Assembly: GCA_023213395.1 (NCBI GenBank)
Contig: CM041465.1
Span: forward strand, 200,453,741-200,517,740
Length of the DNA stretch: 64,000 nt
Origin: Cycas panzhihuaensis
Taxonomy: Eukaryota; Plantae; Cycadophyta
Direction of reading: 5' to 3'
Each line of letters starts with the position of its first letter. The stretch's first letter is position 1. The notes beneath the pieces were generated by a model. The model was not told where the DNA came from. It saw nothing but the letters and a program-made list of their open reading frames with translations, and did not search any database. Shown piece after piece: positions 1-12,366 of this stretch. The translations under genes were made by a program, and so were the position numbers.

Positions 1-369
1 ATTAATAGAGATAACTTAAAGACAAAGAAGCCACTTTACAAAAAGGTGATCTTAATACATTGAAATATCAATGTAAATATGAAATGGGTAATATAATACA
101 TGGGCAACTTTAATAAAAATAAAAATATATAAAAAGGCATTAATACGATAATGCAATATATTTAGATGACTTTATATATTATATTATATGGTTGTAAAAT
201 ATTAAATCAATGATGCACGCAGATGGGTAACTGCGAATCTACAACTATGGCACACTATGATTAAAATCAGAGTTAATTTGAGGAGCGAAAGAATTTGTAC
301 ACATCACAGTCATAGTCATAGTCATAGGTGTGAGTTGGTTCTATTTTGGGAATCCATCCATTGATAGCC

Positions 370-753
370 ATGGTGATGGATCCAAAGGCAAAAGTAGTGG
401 TGGAGAAGGCAAATGTAAGTGGTGGTGGTGTGGTGGAGGGTAGGAAGAAGAAGAAGAAGGTAGGGCATTAGAAGACAGTGGAGTCATATAAAACATACAT
501 ATTCAAGATGTTGAAACAAGTCCACCCTGACATCGGAGCATCTAGTAAGGCAATGGACACCATGAACATCTTCATAAATGATGTATTTGATAATTTAGCC
601 AATGAAGCATCCAAACCTATAAGGTACAATAAGAAGCCGATGATTAATGCCTATGAGATTTAGACTACTGCCAGGTTCCTTCTTCTGGGTGAACTTGCCT
701 AGCATGCTGTTTGTTAGGGCACCAAGGCTATCACCAAGTTTGCTGGTAGTTGA
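370..753 (+). pseudogene. H2B: Histone H2B pseudogene (intronless, 4 premature stops)
   Basis: One frame from ATG 370 reads [123 protein letters not shown]. This is the full H2B fold (YIFKVLKQVHPD, GELAKHAVSEGTKAVTKF). TAG stops fall at 469, 661, 700 and 715, with no frameshift. Confidence 0.93.
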
Positions 754-2099
754 AGATGAAGCAGTAGCCTAATTTTGTTGTATTCATTCTCATTTAATTG
801 GTGTCTTCCTCAATTTCATTATGGGAATCTATTTTCATTATTAGTATTGGTTCACTCAAAGGCTTGATAGTTTGGATATTACACTGTTAATTGTATTTAT
901 TTTGAAGACATGTTTTGAGATGATTATTTTCATTAGACTAATTTGGATTTAATACATGTATGGATGACTGCAAACATAACAACACCGTGATGACTCTAAT
1001 TTTATAATAGCTAAAATGAAATAGTAAAGGATGGCTGCCAAAATAATCAACATATAGAAGGTATAATTATTATCACGTGAGGAAGCACGAGCGACCAAAT
1101 AAATAATATGCAGAGTATATAAACTCAAGGGTGATGCAAACATCCATGCAGACCATACTACAGTAATAAAGGGTAGCGAAATGTATACACGGCATAGGCA
1201 ATACCAATAAACATGTAAAACACAGTGGTTATATTAACGCGTGGGGTCTGGAAACTCAATATAAAGAGGTGACACACATATATTTAAAACCAGGTGATGG
1301 CTATATAATCACATAGAGTATCATATATACGGTTATGTCTATTGAAGAATATTTACCAATAGGCAACATCAAATATATTCATCAATGTAAATAAAACCAT
1401 GGGTGATCATAAAATTGATGTAAATGGGTAAAATATATTATTCAAACCCTAAATATCGATGGTTGATCATAATAAGAGTATACCTTAAATGTTTGACCGT
1501 TTTTCACTTCACGGCACTACAATTGATCTCACAGAGGTTATGCACTCTTCACAACTCAACAGAGGGTTGATAAGATAATACATGGGTGCATGACTTCTCT
1601 TCATACATGGGTAGCCTTAAACATCTCTTAATTACTCAATGAATGTCAAAATCACCTCCATATAATTATAGGGTTTTTACAGGCTCAACAGTGGCTGCAA
1701 GAGGAATGGGTATTATTGAAAAAATGGGCACCTCCTTACACACCAAAATTAAGGTTTCATCAATGAACACCCCACTTAACTAGGCTTCACCTTGCTCAAT
1801 CTTCCTTAAATTGGCTTCGATGCCATGTTGAAAATCAAATCTGCAATAAGAAAATATTTGTAAATAGAATAGAAACACCTCTATGATCGAATAGTACCCT
1901 TAAGGTACCTCAAATTGTATTAACAAAACATCTTTACAATAGATAATCTATATGATACACTATATGTGTATTTATAATACATGACATGATAGTGAGAGTG
2001 GGACCCACTTGTATATGGGATAAATAAATGTACATTACTAATATTCCAATAGAGAAGTCCTAAGATAATATTTAGTGCCCTGGACCTTACAACTAGCAA

Positions 2100-5000
2100 A
2101 GTCATTTGAAGAATAAACATAATGGATCGATGAGATGGTGAAAATATTATAGGAAAGCTAATGACAATATGTAGGATTGCTTTTCTTGACTAAATAATGA
2201 GATTCATAATACATCTTTTCAAAAGGCAGAAAGATCGAGAAAATAATACAAGAGAAAGACAAAACCAATCTATTATTTTTTATGCCAAAGATGGGGCCAT
2301 TTCAGATTGGATTGTCTATTAGAGGAAAAAGGAGGTAATTTTATCTGTGAAGATTGTAAACTAGCAGATCATAAATATATAAAGTGGCTAAAAAACAAAT
2401 CACAAAAGTGCTAATATAGTCACGATATTTTAGATAAAGAGATATTTGTCTAATTACAAACACAGAGTGGAAAAGTAGTTACAACACCTATACAAGATAC
2501 CTTTTCAGGCCTAACAATAGAAAAGAAAAGACTCAAAGAAGCTGTGAAAATTCTTCAAGATGTAGTGGGTGAGGTTCAACAAGAAGAACTTCATTAAGAA
2601 CAATGATTCAAGGGTTAACCATATAAAAGAAGGATAGTTCCTAAAAAGCATTCTTTAAGTAAGGAAGGTATGAAATCATGGCAAAGTCTTTAGACTATTA
2701 AATATTTATTAATATAGTTAGGAGTCTTAATTCCCATTTCTACCATATTCAAATGGTGGAAAGCTAGTTATTTTTAACAACTAATTCTAGACCAAATGAA
2801 AAAGTCTATGATGAGAGCAATTAAGGATAAAGGAATAGATCTTAGAGTTCTGATGGTTATTTTTAGAACAACATTATGCAAAACAATTATAGATGATGGA
2901 TCAGGAGTTAATGTACTTCTTGAATCTTCTTGAATAGATTTAGGAAGGTTGAAAGTGATTTCCCTATATTATTTAATTAGATTGGCCAACCCACTTTAGG
3001 TTAGGCCTATGGGAACATTAATGAATGTCCTAGTTACTATTGCAGGTATCATAGTCTTAATGGATTTTATAGTAGTTTAAATGCAAAATGAAAGAAGAAC
3101 TTATCATACATTGCTAGGGAGACCTTGACTTCTAGAAACCAAGTACATTTAAGATAGGAGAATTTATTTTTATGCTTAAGGTAGGTAATAAGGTTGTTAT
3201 TTTATCATTATGCTTGAATAGACTCCACATTAAGAAGAATGAAGATGAAGAATAAGCATCATCAATAACTATGGGATTAGAACATGTAGTAACTCCCTAT
3301 TCGAAAATAGCCTACCAATTACAACTAACATTATTGAGTAGTGCATCATCATCATACATGATGAATTGACCATAGAATGCATAGGGTGAGGCAAAATATA
3401 CTCCTTATTACAAGCTAGAAACTTGAGTTAATTTTTCATAAAATCAAGAAGAGATTGATAGTTCAAAAAAACAACCACCATCAAACCTCTAGGAAGAAAT
3501 TCAAGAAATTCAAAGGAATTTAGAAAATTCTAGAGAAAATCCTATAAAATTGAAAAAACTTTTGGGGCCAGTGGGGCTAAGGAAAGAAATATATAGAATA
3601 TTATACCCAAATTTTACAAAATAAAAGGCAAGAAGAATTTTGTTATTCCTTATTTCTATTATCCCTCATAGGACAAGCCTTCTCGTGGTATATTACTCAT
3701 GGTCATAAATTCAAATCTTGGGATGAATTAAGAAAAAAAAAAAATGTTGAGATTTCATAATCAAGGAATAAAATTGCCTATATTTTGAAATGGTAATAAC
3801 CCTGAATTTCATATAGAAAAATATGTGCAAAACTGGGTTAAAAATTAGATTCTAAAAAATGAATGGATACAATGATGGGCATAAACCTTTGAAGGAATCT
3901 TGGCCATGTGGTATAACCATTGTGAAAAGGCATAATTAGTGGATTAAGACTTGCTTACCAAAGAGTTTTACAAAATTTTCATGTATTAGAGCAATAATCA
4001 GCAAATTCAAGAAATTCTAATTGCTTTTAGAATTAAAATAATGGAGGCTAATTGAAATTATTATCAAATGAATGTTGCATAATCAAATTGTGAGGAAGAT
4101 CCAGGAAATATTCATAAATTTCCACCTGATTACTCCATTATTGAATATGAAAATTGAGCCATTGATCAAACGCCAGCAAATATATTGAATAAAGATGGTA
4201 AAGTGGTGCAAAGTGAGCAATTGAAGTTTTAATAAATAAATCTCAACACAGAAGAGTGGCCCTAGATAATCTCTATAGGAGATTACTAGGAAATAAAAAT
4301 AAACCAATAAGCCATGACACTATTTTTGGAATATAAAGATGTTTTTCCGCGATCCTATTAGGACTTGAAAGGCATACTACTCGAACTAGAAGAACATAAG
4401 ATTGAGTTGATTGAGGGTACAAAGCCTATTTGGCAAAGCCCCTATTGTATGAAAACTAAGTACAAAGAAAAAGTGAAAGTAGAATTGGATAAACTATTGG
4501 AAGTTGGATACATATTTGAAGTTAAACATAACAAATGGGTAAGTCTAGTCATGGTGATGCCAAAGAAGAATAGAAAGCTTTAAGTTTCTATAAACTATAA
4601 AGCTTTGAGTAAAGTAATGAAGAAAGATCCATTTCTAATTCCATTCACTCAAGACATCCTTGAAAAGGTGGCAAGACATCAGGTATATTCCTTCATAAAT
4701 GGATTTAGTAGGTATAATCAAGTTAGAATTAGTCCATAGGACCAACTAAAGACTACTTTTATCACCGAGTGAGTAACTTATGCATATAAAGTTATGCCTT
4801 TTGGGCTCACATATACACCAGCCACTTTTCATAAAATAATTTTGAATATCCTTTGATAGACAATTGGCAAATCAATTGAAGTTCTCCTAGATGATTGGAT
4901 GGTCTATATGTTGTTGAAATACCATCTTAGAAATTTGTGATTAATGCTCAGAATATATAGAAGGAGTAAGTTATGTTTGAACCCAACTAAATGCATATTC

Positions 5001-5520
5001 TTGATTGTTTAGATCTTTATTAGGACATATAGTAACGAAATAAGGGTTGCAAATGGATCCTAACAAAGTGGTAATAATCTTGAATTTTCCTATACCAAAG
5101 ATAACAAAGCAAGTAAAAGACTTTTTAGGCATGATTGGATATTATATAAAGTTTATTAAAGAGTATGCCTAGATAGCTAATCCCCTAAAGACCATGCTAA
5201 AGAAAAAAATAATGTGGCAATGGGAATTATGACAATAATTAGCATTTGATCTATTGAAAAAAAAGATTGTAGAAGCACCTATTATGAGATTTCAATATTG
5301 GGATTGACCTTTACACATATATATAGATGCTTCATCAATGGTTATCAAATGTGTATTGACTTAGCCTGATGATGACAAGATAGATTTTCTTATCTACTTT
5401 ACCAATCATGAGTTAACATAAGTAGAGTAGAACTATTCAGTGACTGAATGCGAACTCTTAAGCATGGTCTATGTCTTGTAAACGTTTAGACACTATTTGT
5501 TAGAGAATCCTTTCATATTA
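2100..5520 (+). mobile_element. Degraded Ty3/Gypsy (non-chromovirus, Athila/Tat-like) pol remnant: protease, RT, RNase H
   Basis: Protease-like IIDDGSGVNVL at ~2886. RT start EHKIELIEGTKPIWQSPY...KVELDKLLEVGYI (ORF 4365-4583), then KKDPFLIPF, DQLKTTF, VMPFGL and LDDWMVY (~4888). RNase H DAS...YSVTECELL...FRHYLL runs to ~5520. The 5' boundary is uncertain. Confidence 0.8.
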
Positions 5521-8500
5521 TTTGGGTATACTTGAGATCTTTTAAAGCCTTGATCTCTAAAGTATTTGTCAATTCAGGAATACCAAATCCTGGGTACTTG
5601 TTTCAAACCATAAAGTGTCTTCTTAAGTTTGTACACTTTGTTTTCTTCCCCTGTGACGTCAAAATTAAGGGGTTAAGAGACATAGATATCCTCTTCAATA
5701 TAACCATTAAGGAAAGCACTTTTGACATCCATTTGATAAACTTTCCATCCCATTTGAGCTTCTAAACTCATCATCATGTGAATTATTTCCATTCGAGCAA
5801 TAAAAGCAAATGTTTCATTGTAATCAATGCCTTCTCTTTGGGAATAACCTTTGGTGACCAATCTAGCTTTGTATTTATCAATTAATCCATCAGAGCAAAA
5901 CTTGATTTTATAGATCCACTTAGTACCAATTGGTCTCTTATTTAGAGGTAAGTTAACCAATTCCTAATTATCATTTTTAACAATGGAGTGATATTCGTCT
6001 TCCATTGCCTTTCTCCAAGAAGCATGTGTATTGGCCTCAACAAAGGTTTGAGGCTCATGGGACTCTAAAACATTGCTCATGAGGGTAAAGTTTACCCTAT
6101 GTGAGTGAGTGGATCTTCCATTACTATCCAAAATATTACTTATATTATGATTCCTTTGAACCCATTTTGGAAGACTTTATGGTGGAGGTTGTGAAGAGGT
6201 TCCCTCCTTACTTAGTTCATTGATGACTCATCTAGAGTCAAACATAGGGGGTACATATTTTAACTTGGTGGACTTATCAAAATTGATTATTACTTCTTTC
6301 TTCTTTTCTTGATTATCATGATAAAAGCATCTTCCTGAAACTTAATATCTCTACTTAACATGACCCTATTTGACTTAGGATTATAAACTTCGTATGATTT
6401 AGAAGTTTCACTATAGCTAAGAAATATACACTTAATACTATGGTCATCCAACTTAGATCTCCTTTGGTTAGGAACATATGTATAGGCTAGGCACCCAAAG
6501 ACTCTTAAGTGATGTATGTTTGGCTTATAGCCTGTACAAGTTTCTTCAGGTATCTTCCACCTTAGGGCTTTGGTGGAGCACCTATTGAGGAGATAAATAG
6601 ATGTATGAACTGCTTTTACCCAAAACTCATGGCCCAAGGTTTATCCTTTAACATACACCTTGCCATTTCTACAATGGTGCAATTTTTCCTTTCAGTTACA
6701 CTATTTTATTGTGGGGTGTAGGGATTTGTGAGCTACCTTTTGGTCCTATGATATATATAATATACCTTAAATTTATTGGAGATAAATTCTCCCCCATTGT
6801 CAAATCTTAGAGAGAGAAGTTTATGCCCACTTTGTTGCTCCATAAAGCTTTTGAAGTTAATAAAATGTTGAAAAGCATCTGATTTAAACTTAACAAAGAA
6901 TACCCACATCTTCTTAGTGTAGTCATCAATGAATATAATGAAATAGCATACACCTACTAATGAGGGGACATCCATAGGGCTATAGATATTTGTATAGATT
7001 AGTTGAAGTGGACCAATTACCTAATAACTTAAATCTGTAAAGCTTTCCTTATGTTGTTTACTAAGTAGGCATCCCTCACATATGATTTTGTCCACTTCAA
7101 TATTAGGCAAACCATTAACCATGCCCATTCTTTTCAGTAGGGCCAAACTACTATAGTTGAGGTGTCCAATTATCCTATACCATAAGTCACTATCCAATTT
7201 AACTATAGTTCTTAAGGCATAGGTATCTGATAGAGTAAGGACAAGTTTAAAGAACCTATCTTTTGTCATTTTATCTTTTACAACAATTACCTTGTTTCTC
7301 CTCTTGTCCTTGATTATACACTCATCATTGTCAAAGATGACCTTGTAATCTTTACCTATCATCTGCCCTACTGATAATAGATTTTTCTTTAAGGTAGGAA
7401 TATGTAATACATCATCGAGGTGTCTATACTCTCCTATATCTGTCATGAGAGCTATGTTACCTCTACCAATTGATTTATGGGATGTATAATCTCCAAACAT
7501 TATTAAACCTCTTTTACTTTTGTCTAAGGTATGAAATAAATATTCCTTATGAGTCATGTAGGTGGAATAACTTGAGTCAATATACCAACTATCGTCTTCT
7601 TTTTCTTTGGTACTAAAACTAGATAGGAAAAGTCTATTATTATCCCTTGTCTCTATTGTGATATTCACACTACCTTTGGTAGGTGGTCCATGTTTTGAAA
7701 AATATTTGTCTTCCATGTCACCACTACGATGATAATAAGAGCAGTATAGGGTCTCTCTTCTCCCATAGCTTAGGCTTTGACTTCGTGGATGAGTTCTTTC
7801 AATGTGAGATGATCTCCCCCTTTCCTCATAATGGGGAACTAGATTTCCCCTTTGTCTATTATCGTAATAATCCTGATTTGATCTTGTAGGTTGGATATTT
7901 CCTTGGAAATTGGGGAAACATGAGTGTGCCTTAGGTTATTTCTCCTAATTTGGATACCTAGGAGGATTCACATTTCGTTGGTTTGCTCCTTGTCTCCTTT
8001 GATGAGGATCTTGATATTTAGGTGGATCTTGTCAAAAATCCTATCTTGGATTTCTATCCCTTCTCTTGGGAGGTGATTCTCTAGATTATAATGTACCCAC
8101 TTAAGAATGAGATGGAATATAGGCCTTGGTAGCAAAGGCATGCTCAAGGGATTCATTTGCATTTTGTTCCTCCTTAACTGACATTAACATGGGACTTAAT
8201 TGTTCCACCTTTAGTGTGCTTAGATCTTTATAAACCCCTATGCTTGTCGCTACAATTTCAAACCTTCTTACAACACCTACACATCTCAATATTATTTCCA
8301 CTACTTTTTGCTCTATCAATGTATCTCTAAGTGATCTCATCTAGTTTACTACGTCTTAAACCTTAGTCATGAATTCCATTATAGATTCTATTAGCATTAT
8401 TTGTAAGTTTTCAAATTTGCTCATTAAGTTTTGAAGCTTAGATGATGTAGCTCTTTTATAAATTAACTAGAGGGTATCTCATGCTTCTTTTGACTTAGTT

Positions 8501-8757
8501 GACTCATTAACCTATGGAAAAATATGATTTTCTAATGCACAAAATATAAGGGCAAGAGCTTCAATGTCTTTTTTAACATTTTCTTTATAAGTTGCCTTTT
8601 CAATGTTGGTGGTATTCTGACCTAATTCACTGTAGCCCATTTTCACAATATCCCACATGTCATCATCAATGAGGATAGGTCTCATCATCCTACTCTAATT
8701 TAGAAAATTATTACCATTAAGTTTAGGGATTATCATATTCCCAAAGTTTAATGCCAT
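5521..8757 (-). pseudogene. Copia A gag-pol (many stops and frameshifts)
   Basis: Starts MALNFGNMIIPKLNGNNFLN*SRMM...MWDIVKMGY. ORF-track fragments 8101-8340, 7021-7716, 6733-6975, 6290-6637 and 5673-5960 are gag, protease/pre-integrase, integrase and RT. Confidence 0.9.
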
Positions 8758-8885
8758 CTCTTAGCTAAAGTTTTAAAAAATATAGGTAAAGTAAAGTTTT
8801 CAAAAGTTTGATTTTGAAAAATTAACCCAAGAAGTAATGTATAAAGTTTTGCTGAAGGTTTTGCAAGTGTCCTAGTCCCTAATAC

Positions 8886-9319
8886 AGCTTCTAGGCTCTA
8901 ATTCCAAGGTTCTCCAAGGGAAACCTTCAATTATTATTTTGTCTAATAGTGCATGCCCACAAGTGGCAAAACATGGACCCAATATACCAGTATGTGAGCA
9001 CAAAGCTCGATATACCTTAGTATGCGGGATGCTATGAAGGTTGTTACACCCCCCTAAATTATTGATCTACTTATGTCAGACTTATGTCTAGCAACAGATC
9101 TGGCTATGAAGGTTTAACTAACCAAGGCACTCACCCTCTCCAGGTCTAGCCTTGGTCTCTGAATTCCAATAAAGACTGGTTCTCTACCTAAGCCTACCAC
9201 CTAATACACCTTATAGCCAATGACTTTCCTCATCTAATATAAGTAGGTTAATTGGCGTGTGTGTGGTGGTAACTTTAGGGGTCCTAATTGTTCCCCTTGC
9301 AAGGCTAGAAAAGATGTGG
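8886..9319 (-). other. Conserved GC-richer pre-gag leader block (copy 1)
   Basis: The reverse complement aligns co-linearly over ~430 bp with 63449-63887, for example TTAGGACCCCT.AAGTTA, GAGACCAAGGCTAGACCT.GAGAGGGTGAGT.CCTT and GGTATATTGG.T.C.TGTTTTGCCA. Confidence 0.85.
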
Positions 9320-10922
9320 TTAATTCAGAAATTATCTTTCCTAATGTGAAAATAAATTTTAATTAAATGTGGTCTTACTTAATCTCTTTAGGATTTCTTT
9401 TATTCAAGAAATGGAATGAAATGCAATAAAATAGATCTTTAAGCAAGATAAAATATATATCTCAAATGAAAATATGATGCAACACTTTTATATCAAGTTA
9501 TAATGAGCACAAGTAAAAGAATCAAGATACTCTTCTTCCCTTAATAAACCAAGAAACAAATGCTAGTATGCAATATAATGCTTTCAAATTGAGATACTCT
9601 TGTAGGAATGAAATAAGAGAATGTATGCACTTATCTAAAGTAATGTAGGCAATAATAAAATCTTTAATCTTTTGGAATGTATAAATGAACTTTAAAATAA
9701 TGGAATCCTTAATCCTTTGGAATGTATAAATGAACCTTGTAACTATGCTTTCTAAATTTCAAGCTAAAAAAAGACTAAATCTTTTGATAAAAATAAAGTA
9801 ACTTCTTGACTAATATGCCACTTAATATTGCAAGATAATGATATTGGAATTTGAGTGCCAAAGAGTTCCTTTACAAGAACATAAACAACTAGATGAAACT
9901 TGTAATTTTTGAAAAGAAGTTATGCTTAAAGTGATCAAAAGTGCCAAGAAACAGTTTATATTTGATTAATAATGTAAAGAATAAAATAAAATCAAGGTAA
10001 ATAGTGCATGTTTAATGTATTGTTGCACTTAGGCTTCTTAATGCTTATGAAGCTAAAAAATGATATTAGTGGCTGCAAATAGCTTATAAACTACCTAAAA
10101 AGTCAATAAATAACTCCAAGAAACTAATTAGCAGTATATTATACTCAAGTAATATTAATTGAAATGAAAAAATGCTCAAAAAAATATTACTAAATTAGCC
10201 TATTCAGGGCTAAAGCAGAGCCTTAAATTGAGTAGCTTTAAAGTCCTATAAAATGATGTCAAAACAAGATGATATTGATCCCAACATGAAGAACTCTAAC
10301 ATAACTTTCTGACGATTCTTATGGTTTTGAAATCGAAGCTAAAATGATCAAATTATTGCAAAAACGGTGAACAGACCTTTTTAAAGCTAATAGAATAAGT
10401 ACTAAAAAAAGTGGTCACTTTGGTTGATTAAAACTCAGCTGAAATAGACTCAAATTAGTAAATAGATAATACCACCATAAATATCTTTGAAATATGGTTC
10501 TAACAAGACTGGTTTTGCTAAAATTTGACACTCTAAGAGAAAGTTACAGGAATAAGTACAAAAATCCCTCTTTAAGTATAAACAAAATGATTTTTTTTTT
10601 AAAATAAAATGAATAAGCCCCTTTCAAACGAGGAGCATGGTCACATGGACATTACTAAAACCATTGGCTTAGCCTTAAGAGGGGGGGTTGCGGCACTCAA
10701 AACTTATACAAAATAGTTAATACTCTTAAAAACCTAAAAATATAAAAAATAATTAAGAGTAATTTGAAATTTGCTCCTCAATAAAGCCAAGCACCGAGGT
10801 CACGTGGATTGAGGAGACTAGGGGCTCAATGTAAGGGGGCTAACACCCTTTAAATGATAGATTTGAAATATTATTGATAATAATTAATTTTTTATAAACT
10901 ATAATCAAATAAACGTTAATGA

Positions 10923-10945
10923 ATATATATATATATATATATATA
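10923..10945. repeat. (TA)n microsatellite in the Copia A leader
   Basis: Direct read of the TA run. Confidence 0.9.
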
Positions 10946-11985
10946 GATAATCAATTTAAGAAAATGTTGCTAATACGTAGGTTGTTGTGATGAATAGAGG
11001 CAAATTTTGGGTGCAATTATCAATGAAAAATGATAGAATCTTTTCAGTCTTTCATAGAGATGAGGGGAAACTCAATCTACTAAGTTGATCAATCAAAAAA
11101 ATGAAGATTCAATATGTATTTTATATAAAAAATGGTGATGAAAAATGTTGAGCGGTGGGCGAAATGAAGTCTACACAGTGGTGTAAAGACGATCGAAATG
11201 ATCGAACGTTTATGCAAAGAGGGGGTGATTCAATCCTCCAACTAGATTGTTCAACAATTGATTGAAAAGAGAGATAAATAATATGTATTATATATATTAA
11301 AATGAAAAAAAATAAAGATGAACGTGAATGGAGAAGAATGACTAATAGAGAGAGGTAAAACAGAGACAAAAAGTTTAATTTGATCATAAATATTTACCTA
11401 GACGACTTCACTAAGGGCGCTCGAGTAATGCAAACTCAATCCCTAAAAAAAATTTCAAAAAAACTTTGTATAAATCAAAGACAAATGAAAAATGACAAAG
11501 AAACGTGATGAGGAGACTCAATTGATTCAAACTCTGCATAAAGGGCACCATTTCTCATAAGATTTTAGGGTAGTTGGATATGCTAGATGGCAAGGTACTG
11601 GTAAACTTTCATGTCAAATAGTTGCTTGTAGGCTTAAAATGAAGCACTGAAGCAAAATGGGCCAAAAATGGTATGCAGTGACTCTTTGCAAGATTTCTCC
11701 CAGTAGAAGCAATGAAATCACGTGTGGTTTCTTCTAGTGGATAAAGAACTCAATTATGATTAGAATGAGTAGTCATATGCTACTTTTTTGATCAGTGTGT
11801 GAGCTATAATCATGAGTTCTAAATTGACTATGTATGGTCCCAAAATGAAAAAATAAAATATAAATAAATTTATATAATTTTCTAAAGTTTTAATAACTTT
11901 AACGATTAATAATTTGAAATATCACGTACATACCAAGACTACTTCTATAAAACTTACTATGGAACTTCTAAATCCAAATGAACGT

Positions 11986-11997
11986 GCTTTAATACCA
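11986..11997 (-). promoter_or_regulatory. Primer-binding site (tRNA-iMet), eroded
   Basis: The - strand reads TGGTATTAAAGC, i.e. TGGTATCAGAGC with two transitions, 2 nt from the LTR end. Confidence 0.8.
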
Positions 11998-11999
11998 AA

Positions 12000-12366
12000 T
12001 ATTGGCTTTGAGATGCTGAGCGGGAGGATTACAGGTGAGTATACATCATTTTAAAGTGTAAAATAATTTCTAAAAATAAAACTAGTGATGTTAAAAAACA
12101 CTAGGGAAGCATTTTCCACCTATATATAAACAAATTTGGGGAGGCGACAAGTGCCACAACTCGACCAATATTTAGAATTCAAAAAATATTAAAATATTAA
12201 ACAAATAATTGAATAACTTACCTGTGGTGGCTATGTCAGCTCTTTGTCGACTGTTGGCAGCTACTTGATGATGCTAAGTGGCTCAAGGTATCCTAGGGAG
12301 GCCTAAGGTAGCATTGAGGGGCCTAGGGTGTACACATGCATTAGTTAATTGGGCATTATCCCAACA
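12000..12366 (-). repeat. 5' LTR of Copia A (367 bp)
   Basis: Termini are TGTTGG...CCAATA. Homologous along its length to 58968-59316 (CCTAGG..CCTCAA, GGCRCTTRYCGCCTCCCCAAA, CCCTAGTGTTTTT). The flank at 12367 resumes the Gypsy B gag. Confidence 0.85.

Larger units (their letters stand above)
5521..12366 (-). mobile_element. Ty1/Copia element A: 5' LTR + PBS + 3.2-kb leader + gag-pol, truncated within RT
   Basis: LTR 12000-12366 (TGTTGG...CCAATA on -), degenerate PBS, and gag ATG at 8757. Domains follow Copia order: protease WYIDSSYSTYM, GAG-pre-integrase, integrase (DDYTKK, DNGGEF, VFGCLAY) and RT (KARLVTKGYSQREGIDY, QMDVKSAFLNG). Confidence 0.9.

Noticed and set aside
215-226. GCACGCAGATG upstream of H2B as a decayed plant histone octamer (CGCGGATC)
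   Set aside because: Two mismatches in 8 nt cannot be distinguished from chance.
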